Of a DNA stretch of 64,000 bases, positions 52,063 through 64,000 are shown piece after piece. The notes below the pieces were generated by a model, which saw only the letters and a program-made list of their open reading frames with translations, was not told where the DNA came from and ran no database searches. The translations under genes and the position numbers were made by a program. The DNA comes from Monocercomonoides exilis PA203 (lineage: Eukaryota > Protista > Preaxostyla): positions 186,001-250,000 of the forward strand of contig LSRY02000043.1 in the NCBI GenBank assembly GCA_001643675.2. The letters are read 5' to 3'. Position 1 is the first letter of the stretch; every line of letters begins with the position of its first letter.

Positions 52063-55000
52063 CTAAATCACAAGTGGCTCAACATGAAATCGAGTTGAAG
52101 AGAAGTTGATTGAAGGGGAACGAAGAAGACTCTTTGCCTTGTTGATAATTGCTGGATCCCCACAAAAATAGACAGTTGTCTCAGCTGGAAAATCAATGAG
52201 TCTGAAAAATAAATAAATATATATATAATAAAAATATCCGATTCAAAAAAATAAATTTAAAGTCAATTCAAAAGTAATCTTAATAATAGGCATCAAACTT
52301 TTTAAGAATAGCCACATTTAATTCGCCTTCAAACACAAATCTTTTTCCATTCTTTGGAATCTGCATTAATATGTAACAAAAATAATTTTGAAGATGCAAA
52401 GAAAAAATTGAAAAATGAATACAAAATAAATCGAAATTGGCACACCCAAGATTTCATTGTTGGGTTTCTCAGAAACTCTACTTTTTCACCTGGATCGCTT
52501 ATCAAAAAGGCAAAGCGAATGCATGAAAGTGGATCCTGCATTGAAACATGAGATGTGCTGTTGGACTTTGAGGAGGAGGAGGAGGAGGAGGAAGAAGAAG
52601 AAGAAGAAGAAGAAGCTGTGAGAGATGGGCGATGAATACGGTTTGTGGCAGAACCGAAAAACGAAGAAGACGTGGCAGAGCGGTAAACGCGTGTTTTGGC
52701 AGCAGAAGAGCTGTTGTGGGAAGGCGAGGTTGAAGTGTGTGAAGAAGACAGAAGAGGTGTTGTGTCTGAGAAAGTCAAAGACGACGCTCCGATCGGATCG
52801 GAAAGGAGGGACTGCGACAAGGCTGCTGCAGTCGCAGGCGCATCTGAAATACACAGAACACACAAGCAACAATGCAGGAAAATTGAAATATGATATTGAA
52901 ATCATTCAATAATTCGTATACAATATTTATGAATCTATTTAAAATTTATGAAAAAAGCACACCATTATTCACAGCATATGCTGGAGAGATGTCAAGTTCT
53001 CGTGACGGATGCTCAATCTCCATGTTTTTGTCTGTTCCCTTCAAATCTCTTTCTGCATTCTCTTCGCTTGCCTCATCATCATCATCCTCCTCCTCTCCCC
53101 TTTCTTGTTCTACCTTGTTGATATAATCCTTCTCACTCATAATGTTCTTCTCATTTGCTTCAGCCTCTTCCTTTGAGCTCTTCTTCTGCCTTTTGTTCTT
53201 CCTTGTCTGCTTTCTCCTCTTCGACTCTGCTCCGCCATATGCTTCTTGATGCTTCAGGCCTTCCTCTCGCTCTTGTTCTGAATGGTCAAAGCGTGCCGAC
53301 TGATACTCGCTCCTCTCACTCCTCTCACTTCTATCGCTTCTGTCGCTCCACACTTCTCTGTATATCATCTTAGGCTCCTCTCTCTGTGTGTTGTCCTGAT
53401 TCGCGCCATACACAATCTCTGCTGCTTCCTCTGGCTGCGTCCCACTCCTCACGCCGTAGTTGGTCTGCAGTGTGTCGACGATGTGTTTGATCTCTGCTGG
53501 GAATATGATGTCTGTTGCAGAGCGCATCACATACAAAAACCTCAGCCTCCTCCTCAGACGCGACTCGCAGTAGAGATGATAGGCGTGCCGCAGAAGAGAG
53601 AGGAAAGGCGCAAAGCCAACACCAGTGAAGATAAACAGAGATTCCCCAGGCGACTCAAGATCTGGCGAGAAGTGACCGAACGGCCCTTCAAGCGAGACGC
53701 GTCGACCTACAAACACAAAAGAAAAATGAACAAATTATATTTTGAAATAAGAAGAGCCAATTTATTCGGGGGAAATTAAAAATAAATATTCAAAAAAGAA
53801 AAAAAAAACAATGAAAATCTATTTAAAAAAAAATACAATCAAAAAAAGACATCTGATTATATTCCTCTATTATTAGTGCCAAATCAAACTTCTCATGACT
53901 CTCTAATAATTCCTTTCATTCCTCTCCTTGTTATCACACCTTCCACTGCAAGATTCTCGAGATTGCTTGTAAACCTTCCTCTTCCTCTTCTGACGAGAAG
54001 CTGAATCGTCTCAGAGTTCGGTGCAGAAGCAATAGAAAACACGTTGGGCGAATCCCACAGGAAGCCTTCTTTGCCGTTGCTGCGTATCTTCTTCATTTGG
54101 AAGTTAACAATTTGCCCAGGCCATCTGCGTGAGGGGCGAAACTCATAGGGCAATGGATCTATATTGTATAATTAATAATTAATGATAAATAAAAAGGATT
54201 GAATATGAAAGTATTCATTATAGAGATTAAGTAATTAATAAAATGAATATAAATGTAAATTCAATAGCATTGAAAGAAAAGTGTGATATTGCAATGCATA
54301 CAAAAGTTATCTGTTGTTCGCTGAGAGCCAGCCTCTTCAAACGAGCCATCATCTCTGATTCTTCCATTGTATCTAAGCTCAATGCAATATGTCCTTTCAG
54401 ACACCCAATACGCACTTTCTATGATCCAGTTTTTGATGACAAATAGCTGTCTCAATAGCTTGTAAATGCGATAGGCAATCCCCAGAAATCCAAGTATTGT
54501 TAAATACAGAACAGTTATAAAGTGAATCTTTGGAAACTTCGCCCTGCTATCCTTCAAAATGAATATTTTTTTGTTCCAGCTTGGTTCCACAAGACCAAAC
54601 GAATACCTGTAAAAAGAATAAGACACAAATAGCATGAGTCACGTTTAATGCAAATATCAAAATTCGTGATTTAATTTTCAAAAAAAATTTAATCATTCAA
54701 ACCCATATGAATATAAAATTGTGTGAAACGATATCCAAATGTATCCAACGTAAAACAAAAAGTGAAATGTTCTCCAGATTCTCCAAGGTATGCAGCCTTT
54801 TTTCCTCGGAAGTCGACGAAACAAAGTGATTATGACTCCAATAACAATAAGAACGACACCCCAGCGAGCCAGAAAATGATACCACACTTTATCATAAAAA
54901 ACAGTTTCAAGGCAATATTGTTTTTGGTTTGAGCAATAATCCGTTAAAAACATGAATATTACATGCAGAATAACAAAAAGAAGCATCAATGAAGTTGCCT

Positions 55001-55406
55001 TAAAAGGAAAATTATCGTTATACAAATGGGTAAAAAATTTTTCAATTAAAAATAGTGCGGCTAACATATTTATGAATTGCAATTAACGTTGGAAGTCCAA
55101 TGGCTCTTTCAAGGAGAGGGAATTTTGAACCAGATACAACAAGGAAAGTCAAACACTGTTAAAAAAAAAAATACACATTAATATATGAACTTTTAAAATC
55201 CATACAAAGTACGCAAGTAGTGCAAAAAAATGATTTGCTTCATCGATTAATATTTGATTAATCTCGCGAAAAAAAATAAATACGGTCATAACAATTGGAG
55301 CAAGGAATAGAAGAACTGATATAATCCCACAAAGCGTATGACGGAAAAACCAGCTTGACTTTTTTGTTTTCACATGTTTATTCATCTCATTTGATGAATG
55401 AGACAT
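52063..55406 (-). CDS. Ferric reductase/NADPH oxidase-superfamily flavocytochrome b (TM haem domain + FAD-binding + NAD(P)H-binding), 9 exons
   Basis: Spliced TM domain: FPLLERAIGLPTLIAIHKY|ATSLMLLFVILH (His spacing 14) and WRTFHFLFYVGYIWISFH (His spacing 13). FAD part: PGQIVNF…NVFSIASAP…GRFTSNL. NAD part: LEGPFG, IFTGVGFAPFLSLL, FLYVMRS, VYFCGDP, FHVE. Eight GT-AG introns (e.g. 55156..55205, 54999..55065, 52202..52298); seven checked for phase, the one near 54159..54300 placed only approximately. Confidence 0.88.
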
Positions 55407-55474
55407 TATATTTATCTATCAAATGAAAACAATGAATTTATTAAGGTTTATCCCAATATATTTTAATAACTAAT
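55407..55474. promoter_or_regulatory. Putative very compact bidirectional promoter
   Basis: Only 68 AT-rich bp separate the divergent ATGs at 55406 (-) and 55475 (+). Confidence 0.5.
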
Positions 55475-56048
55475 ATGGATGAAAAAACGGAGATTCAACC
55501 GGAAATCGCACTTGAAGAAAATCAACAAAAAGGGTTTTGGTCTAAGTTTTGGGATAAAACAAAAATTTTTGGAAAAAAGACCTTACATGGTATGAAACTA
55601 TTTGTTTCATTGAAGTTGAAAAAAATATGATGTGTTTTTTTCGTTCAGTCATAGATGTTACCGGACTATGGCTCGCTGATTTTTTGGGGATAACTGGGCC
55701 TCGATATGGAGACATAGATTCTATATATCATATCCGTTTAGCAGAAGTTTGTGAATATTGTTATTTATCAATTGAACTCTCCTAATTTAGCAACGCGAAA
55801 GAGAGAGAAGGCAAAAAGAAGTTGAAGATGCTATGCTTCCAGCTGGTTATGTGCCAACTGAAGTTCCATCTATTAACACTTTAATGACGGGACTTCTTGA
55901 AAAAGACAAAGTTGAAGATGATGTTGTAAAGAAAGACGCAGACAATTTCATGGGAGATAACGAAACGAGTGAACCGTTGCCAGTTATTGATAATTCAAAT
56001 TCTGAGCTCATAGGAGACTATGAAGCTCATTCAAAAATGAATGAATAG
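55475..56048 (+). CDS. FAM177-like small protein, 3 exons
   Basis: Introns 55590..55648 and 55747..55790 give …IDVTGLWLADFLGITGPRYGDIDSIYHIRLAEQRERERR…, resembling the FAM177 core (GE-x-LA-x-x-LGI-T-x-P-K-Y followed by a charged helix). In frame with ORF 55833..56048. Confidence 0.65.
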
Positions 56049-56213
56049 AATTTGGACAAAAAATTTTTTTAGATTTTTCAAAGCATTTCATTGTAGGTTT
56101 GATTTCCATATCATCATTTTTTTTTTTTGAATCAATTACAACATAAATAAATTTTAATTTTATATCGCGGATCAACATGAAAAATTGAAATGTTATTCAA
56201 AATTTCTCTCACA

Positions 56214-59200
56214 TTAGATACAACGATAGCGTGACTCGAGTACAGCTTTTGCTTTGAAGAAGTTGGAGCAGAGAGATCCTGTCACAGCCCAAACGCCTTG
56301 AGCATCTCGTTCCAAATGAGTTGTCTTCCCGACGTTGATCCTTCCCGATGATAGAACTGCAGGAAGCCCTGCTTCCTGGAGCTCAGAGAGTAGCTGCCTT
56401 GCCGTCAGTGGTTTGTCGTATCCAAGAAGCAGAGGAGCCGACGAGTCTTCTGCAAGCGAAGATAGCGTCCGTGGTGCTGCAGCCCTGCGATGAGGAGCAT
56501 GTGCGCGTGAATGCTCGATTGACTCCTTCAATGCGACCAGCTGTGCCTTCCACTGGTCAACGTCTATTTCTGTCAGCTGGGCGTCTCTGCTCAATATGTC
56601 TTCGAATGTGAGTGGCTGCCCAACAATCCTGTCCATCGTGCCAAAGATGCAGCGTGCGCTGTACCTCTCCTTTGGATGCTTCAGGAGGAATGCACCGTGC
56701 AGCGTCTCTGTTGTTGAAGGGATTGAAGTGGGTATCAATTCAGCTGCCAATTTGGCATCTCTTATTCCTCTCTCAGACTCCACCCAACTGCGAAGACGAG
56801 TCACTCGTGTCTTGCCATCATCAAGCACAGCAAACGACAGTGGTGCGATGGCTCTTGTGGAGAGGAGGAGTGAAAGACGGGGAAGTGTGGGGCGGATGGG
56901 AATGGGAAAGAGGATGGACGAAGGATATGAGGAATAAGAGGAAGAGGAAGAATGTGACGTGTTATTTGATGAAGAATCTGTGAGTTGATGTGAAGTGGAA
57001 GGTGTTTCTGGAGATGGAAGTGATGGAAGTGAAGATGGTTGCGGATTTGGAGGAAGGGAAGAAGAATAAGCTACTGTTATGCATGAATGTGCAGCAAGAG
57101 TGTGTGTGAAGTGAGCAAAGAGGAGTGCAGCAGAAGGGTTTATTGAGACAGATGTGTACTTGCGACTCATCAGCAGCGCCATCAGAAGCTCATTGCAATC
57201 ATTCTCGTCATTGTCTTCATCTGCACTGATAGTGGAAGTGGTGCTGTGAGCATGCAGCTTTCGCTCCCGTTCAGCCATCTGCTGCATTCTTTGGAGAGAA
57301 TAAGAGGAAGCACCAAGCAAACTTCGGTACACTCTGAATTCGTCCAAAGCAGGTGTTGAAAGCGAAGGCGAGAGAATATAGCGATGAAATGCAGGGCGAT
57401 AGATAAAGCGATATTTCGTGGAATTGACGAGGGAGTGGACAATTGGATTGTTCAAAGCAGTTGATCCGCTTTTTTTGTTGACAAGTTGAGCTTTCTGCTC
57501 AATTTCCATTTGATTCGCATTCGAATCAGCATCGTCCTTCATTTTATTCAGATCAGCTGCATCATCAAATCCCTCCTTTCTTTCATCTTTCCCGCCAAGC
57601 AGCACAACCTGCCGCGGGTGCAGTGCCTCGATGAACCGAGTGATCTCAGCCTGTGTTGAGATGCCCTCAAACGGCACAACCACAAACGAGCACCTCACAA
57701 CGGCTGACACTGTTGACGTGTGGATCTCCCATGGGATATCTTCCGCCTCAAACATCAGCTCAATCGCACCGAGTGTCAGCGGGTGGATGGATGCTGGAAG
57801 CGTCTGATGGCGTGCAATACGCGCTGGTAGAGCGAATGTGGAAGAAGACAGCTTCTGGTTCCGCATCATCAGCATCGTGCTGAATGTCGCAAGCGCCGCG
57901 AAATCTCCGCTTGTGTGCGCAGGTTTGTTGAGCATCGTGCGCAGTCTCCTTTCTCTCCGCACGGCTGCTCTCAGCTCTGGATCCATCTCCATCGCCTCTT
58001 CATCGTCTCTCTGCTTCATCAGGCCGCCACTGCCTGATGCCTCTCGCGATGCAGCTGCTCCTCCTGCGCCTTGTTTGCTGGCAGAACGCCGTGACAGCTC
58101 TTCCTCGCTGATACACACTGGAAGGAGGATGGGCACTTTCAGGTATGACCGCTTCCCTTCTTTCTCCACCAGACGCACTTCGATTGCTCCGTAGCTGTCG
58201 AAGGCTACTGGCGGCTGTTCGTGATACGCAAACATCGGCTGAAGTGCTCTAAAAATAAATTATTTGGAATATTTTTTGTGAAACATTTCAATTGAAATAA
58301 TATGAGAATATATTTTTTTTCAAATTGTTAAGGAAGAATACAAATAAAAAATGATTAATCAACAAATTATCTAACTAACAAAATGCACACTTTTCTTTGA
58401 GTACTCTGAGATGCGCCAAGCTGCGCCCGAAAACAAGCACGTCTCGTTTCATTTCGTCCTCTGCCGAAAGCTGCTTCTGTTGAATAAAATGCATCTCGTC
58501 TTCAGATTCTTCATCTGACGAATCATCTGCTTTCTCGTCTTCTTCCTCTTCTTTCTCGTCTTTTTCTTCCTTTTCGTCTTTTTCATCTTTATCCTCCTTC
58601 TCTTCTTTCTCTTCTTTTGTTGCTTCTCCTTCATTTCCAGAATGTTGTTCATTTGTCGCATTCTTCATTCGCTTTGTGCTTCCCTCCAACAACCGCTCTT
58701 CCTCATCCATCTGTTTCTCTTTGGTTTCATCGTCTTCATCTGAACTGTCAGACAATTGAGAATGTGCATTTTCTTCTCTTCCTCTTTTCTTCTTCTTCAG
58801 CTCTTCGTCTTCAATACCAGCCTCAATCTTCACTTTGTCTTTGCTCTCATCATTTTGTTCTGAGTGCAATGTTCGTGTTTGTTTTTCTTTCTCTCTTTCT
58901 TTCTCTTTCTCTTTCTCTTCTTTCTCCTTCAGCAAACGCTCAGCTTTTTCTCTCCTCCACTTCTCCGCCTCATTTCCAACAAGAAGCACTCTCTGCGTCT
59001 GCCTCAACTCAACACTTCCAGAGCTCAGCTCTCCATCTGCTGACTGCTGTAGCCGTGATGTTGGTGGGGATATAAACACGGAAGGAACAAATGCCTGTTT
59101 TTTCGCTTCATCAGGCTCCATTGCAATGCCAGCTTCTTCCTCTTTCTTCTCATCTATCTCCATTTGTCCTGTTACACTTGTATCAGTCCCAACATCTGCC

Positions 59201-61093
59201 TCTGAAGATGACTTAGTCACACTGCATCGGAATGAGTTAATACCTTCCCTCAGGCCAAATCGCTCAATAAACATCACTGTGTTCAGAGGAGAGGAGCACC
59301 ATTGGAGGAAGATGTCGCGAGTAATGCCTGGTTTGAAGAACGATGATGAAGGGGCAAACAGACACACGGGACGAGGCAAGGCTTCAACCTCAGACATCGT
59401 GTGGATGAGGTGGATGTGCCTGAAATCGCGAAAATAAACAAGTTGAAAAAAAAAAATTGTTATTTAAACAATAATAATTATAAGTAATAAATAGAATAAA
59501 AAGAGCAAACGAGAATGATCCTGGTTGAGCCTTCTGAGTGAAGAACTGGTCTTTCACTGAATATGACATCCATCCACTCAGAGTGGAAAGCAGTGAATGT
59601 GCATAGGCAGCCAATGGATGCAGCAGTGCTATGCTGAATTGAGGCGGCAAACGAGAGCCAGAAAAAGATTGAGCTGATGATGATGCAGCTGATGATGATC
59701 CAAAGGAAGTTTGTGATTGGAATCCTGCTCTCTGGTTCTTTTGTTCTTCTGCATTGTCTCTTGCGCCTGCTGGGTGATGTCTTGCCAACCGCTTTGCTGC
59801 TTTTTCCACTTCGCTGTCGAGTAACGTCATGCACTCAAAAGCTCGCCCACTGAGAGGAGTTGGTATAAGCACGTTTCCTCCGCGATTCAAAACGGCACAC
59901 ACAGCATCTGCAGGAATTGGATAAGACAAAAAGTTATTGCATGAATGACAAATTTTTCAAAATTATTCAGAAAACGGAAAGATTAAAATCAAGAACAATA
60001 TAAGTCATAAAAATAGATATGTGTATAAAGGATAATATAGAATAAACTCAAACCGATAAATAGTTTATGATCATCGGCGCCTTGCTTTTTATGAGAATGA
60101 GTCAAATTCGATCGACTTTTTCCTGATGGAATTGAATCAATTGCATCTGATTGATCACTTGTTGGGTTAGTAACTATTGGCATGAATAATTTAGTTATCT
60201 GATTCCATTCTTTTTGACTGTTCTTAGCATTAGCAGTGCTTTCTTTTCCTGATTTTCCCTGAATAAAATCTTCTTCGTTGTGTATCATTGTCATAAACAA
60301 ATGAACGCCTCTTTCACTCCTCTCGTCACTGTTCGAGCTACTCTGCCATTCACCCCATCCACCAACTTGGCTCAGTGGAGCTGAGTCGATCAACATTTCT
60401 GATCTGTGATTAAAAAATGGAGCATAAACCATTTTGTCTTTTCCATCAATTAAAAACTCCCAAAGGATTGAGCCAATTGTTCTACCAGCAATTCGAGGAG
60501 TTATATGCAAGCCTTGAAGCGAGAAAAGAGGCGAGTCATAAGGGATTCCAGATGGTGTTGGAGTCGATACCACCGAGAATGCCTTCACATGGAATTGTTC
60601 TCCAAGAATTACGTCTTGATGAAATGCATATATTTTATGTATATCGTTCAAAGAAAATGGAAGCTTTGCTCCATTTTGTTTTCCTGTCAAAAATATGTCA
60701 TATAAATTAAGCTCTAATAGTCTCCAAGTTGCTAAAGGACAAAAGAATGGTGCTTCGCATTTTAGATGTGAATACAAATATGGAAGTCCACCTCCAAATG
60801 CAATTGAAGGTGAAGATACCAAAACGGCATCAATTCTCCCCCCATTGAAAACATATCTTTGATGAAACAAAACAATTTTTATTTTTAGAAGTTAAACATA
60901 ACAAAATAATTCTATAATATTGATGAAATATTACAAACTTTTCAAGTGGCTCCATAATTCTAACATCTAATGCTTCTCCAAGACCGCAATCAAGAAGTAT
61001 TGTGAATCCATCTATACGGAGAAGTGTGCAATATGCAGTCCAATCAACATGATATATTGGAATGACAATTTTTTCTCTTATAAAGCAATCCAT
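56214..61093 (-). CDS. CPSF2: Cleavage and polyadenylation specificity factor subunit 2 (CPSF100), inactive MBL/beta-CASP fold, 5 or more exons
   Basis: LLRIDGFTILLDCG; IDAVLVSSPSIAFGGGLPYL (degenerate HxHxDH); AGRTIG; FNHRSE; LNRGGNVLIP…GRAFE; RDIFLQWCSSPLNTVMF; FDSYG; FEGIS…LHPRQVVLLGG; CPSF100-like C-terminus LQEAGL…GSLCSNFFKAKAVL. Confidence 0.88.
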
Positions 61094-61337
61094 GATGGCT
61101 AAAGAAAATAAAATAATTAAATTAATACAATTATAAACATTTTAAAAAATAAATTAAATCTTAAACATTCACAGGTATGCTTTTATAAAAGAAATAAGTA
61201 TTGTTGATCTTTTTCCCATTCTATGTTTTTCTCTTTTCGAGATAATAACAAAAAGACTATATCATCATCTTTTGTATAAAAACAGCATGTGCAAAAAACA
61301 TTGGCTTCTTTTTTAATGGAATCATGATCTTAATTAT

Positions 61338-62305
61338 ATGGCTTATCCTCAATCAGAAGCAATTGCTCCAACAATTCTCAGATATCATTTAGATGCGAAA
61401 TTGCATGGAGAAGCTGTTTTGCTTGCCTTTACAAAAATTATTGAGCCTAAAGAATGCTATTCAATTATTATGAATGAAACGTTATTTCATGCGCAAGGTG
61501 GTGGTCAACCAAGTGACGTTGGACATATCTTTATAAAAAATGCATCTAAAAGCGATAAGGGTTGCACAATGATTAAATTTAATGTGGAAAAAGTTGTTTT
61601 CGACAGGGAGTCACAAGTTGTTTCTCATTTCGGTTCAATTGAAAAAAGTGATGAAGATTCTCTCAAACTTATCGCTCCTGGGCTTCAGTGCGAAATGCAC
61701 GTTGACAGTTCTTATCGACTCTTAAATTCAGCTATTCATACTGCAGGTCATCTTATTGACAATATAGTTGAAAAGGCTGGTCTTACACTTCTACCAACGA
61801 AAGGTTATCACTTTCCTGATGGGCCATACGTCGAGTATGATGGTTCCATCGATGAAAATACGAAAAAAGATATTATTCCTGTTCTTCAACACATTTCAGA
61901 CGATTATCTTTCGAAAGATATTCCTGTTATAATTGTTTGTATTGTATTCGAATTTATATTCTTATCAATTTTTGTAGACAATGAAAAAAGTATCATCACT
62001 GGAAGACATAAAATCTCTTGTTCCGCCTCATCTTTCTCCAGATTCAGAATTGAGATGTGTTTCAATTGATGGGAAAATGTGCCCATGCGGAGGAACACAT
62101 TTACGCACAATAAAACAAATGAAAAAGGTTTGTTAAGCTTCTTATTTACATTATTTTTGAAAATTGAATATTTTCTTTAAATTTTCAGGTGACAATTAAA
62201 AAGATAACTTCAAAAAAGAAAGTTGTTAGGGTTTGTTATTCTGTTGAGTTATCGGATGAACAGCCTCCAGAAAATGAATTATGCGCTCCGGTTATTATGG
62301 AGTAA
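61338..62305 (+). CDS. Free-standing alanyl-tRNA editing protein (AlaX-type, tRNA_SAD domain), 3 exons
   Basis: TLFHAQGGGQPSDVG, HTAGH (HxxxH), GYHFPDGPYVEY and CPCGGTH (CxxxH) after removing introns 61935..61977 and ~62128..62188; stop TAA at 62303..62305. Confidence 0.88.
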
Positions 62306-62561
62306 ATTTTGTTAAATTTTCATGATTTTATTATTTTGTTTTTATGTTTGCAAAGTTTTGATTGAAAATATAATTTTGTGAATTATTAAAAGATAAGAAG
62401 AATTATTTATTTTGTAAATGGGAAAAAAAAGTTGTACGGATGGATAAAAAATTGTTGTATCTATTGTAAATAGGAAGATAGATTTTCATTGGTCTATCTT
62501 TCACATATTGAAAATAACATCTTTCAAGATTGAACACTGATCGTGCCCTTATCTCGTGAAA

Positions 62562-64000
62562 ATGTCCAATCGTATTTTTGCCCCTCCTGTGAAATATAAG
62601 AGTGAAGTTTGTGTTACATTTCAATTTTCATTAAATTCTTTTAATTTTAATGTCCTTTGTTCTATTTATTAACAAAGCTTTTCTCTTATAAGATTTCTCA
62701 AGAAAAAATCATAAAAGATGGGGTACAACTTGCGATAGCACAAAAAAGAGCAGTTCGTTTATTTTGTTGATTAGTTAATAGTTAATGGAAATGGTGTTTT
62801 TCTTTGATTTTTTTAGATTATGATCATTCCAGACGGGAAATCTGTTGATTTATATGATCCACTCTCAGGCACCAACCGCTCAATTAAATCAATGGTTTTT
62901 ATTTTTAACTTGCTGACGTTTTATTTTTATATTTGGAATTATTCTTTTAGCCTTCTCGTCCAATTAGCTCTGTTTCAATTTTTGGTGATAATGACTCTTT
63001 GTTAATTGCTGAAACTGGTAAGCGCTCGAGTGCAATGGCTTTTAGCATCGAAAGTGGGAAGCAGATGACATCTCTTTTTGTACCATTTGAAAACGGAATA
63101 CTTGCGCTTGATGTCAGTAGAACCTCACAGACTGCACTTCTTCTTTCAGTGCCAGTTACAATGTCGGTTAGCCAACCATCTTCAACTGCTCCTGAAGGGC
63201 CGGGAGCATTCTCTTTTGAAAGTGCAAGTGGTGCTAAAATTGTAGTTGGTGGTGGAGTTCATTCAATGGAAGTCAAAACAATGCTGCAACAAGAATTTCT
63301 AGCCTGGCAATGGGGAGTTGACAAAAATAACACCATGTCAACAACAAGGTTGTTTGAGCCTTATGAAGTGAATGTATGCGCGTTTTCTATTTCTCATTTT
63401 CAAATTTCTTTCTTTTATTTTGAATATCAAACGATTAATCTTCTTTCTTTTGCGAAATGCAATTTATCATTTTTAGCATTCTGTTAAGTCGAATCCATCG
63501 GATTCTTCTGAATTTGCTACGACGAGTTTGTCGCAAGTCACATTTTGGGGAATTAGAGGAAGAAGCGTTTGCAATTCAAATTAATGTTATGATTGACTTG
63601 ACATATTTGTGTTCTTATGCTATTCATTAATGTTATCTTTTTTAACTTAATCAATTTTATGAACTTAACAATAATTTGAAATTTGTTTTATCCTTCTATT
63701 TCTACTGACTCGAACCCAAATAACCAAAACATACTCCTTTCAATCCCATTTTCCTCTTATTTCTTTCTTTTTTTTTAATCTCAGCTTGTGATGTCCTCAC
63801 CATCTGTGGAGAATCTTGGCCCCAGTGGCAGTCTGGGCACATTTGTCGATACAGCCTTCATTCCAGGCGGCAATCGAGCCATCACCGTCACCAACAGCGG
63901 TGTGGCTGTCGTGTGGGAGAGGCCTGCCGGCTCAAACGCACACTCAAAGCCAACTTCTTTCTCCAATTCGAGAAAAAGACCACAGTTTGAGAGGCAGGCG
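62562..64000 (+). CDS. WD40-repeat protein, CFAP251/WDR66-like, multi-exon, truncated by the window end
   Basis: Spliced pieces: YDPLSGTNRSI, PISSVSIF…LIAETG, FENGILALDVS, QEFLAWQW, SVKSNPSDSSEFATTS…VTFW, LGTFVDTAFIPGGNRAITVTNSGVAVVWE. Their order matches my recollection of the flagellar protein CFAP251. Start codon tentative. Confidence 0.6.

Noticed and set aside
54693-55082. Apparent loss of the first haem-ligand His in the unspliced ORF (FFTHLYNDNF…ILH)
   Set aside because: That segment is intron 54999..55065; the correct His comes from the preceding exon (IAIHKY) at canonical spacing.

Overview
Eukaryotic, intron-rich genomic DNA with short AT-rich GT-AG introns, GC-richer exons and very abundant (GAA/TTC)n tracts read as poly-Glu or poly-Ser. 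Composition and two multicopy gene families point to an oxymonad protist such as Monocercomonoides; this is inference from recall, not a database result. Genes end in TAA, TAG and TGA, so the code appears standard. Recognisable genes after manual splicing: Hikeshi/OPI10, SUMO (absent from the ORF track), CPSF100, an AlaX-type tRNA editing protein, a FAM177-like protein and a CFAP251-like WD40 gene cut by the window end. Larger or unusual genes: a ~4,200-aa protein with a FYVE-like finger and ARM-like repeats, an IQ-motif protein, and a 9-exon flavocytochrome of the ferric reductase/NOX family resembling bacterial members, with all four haem-ligand histidines. The 38-52 kb stretch is an island of decaying multicopy genes. 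It includes an ~8-kb receptor-pseudokinase reading frame with nine in-frame stops and no frameshift. I recognised no RNA genes, CRISPR arrays or transposase genes.
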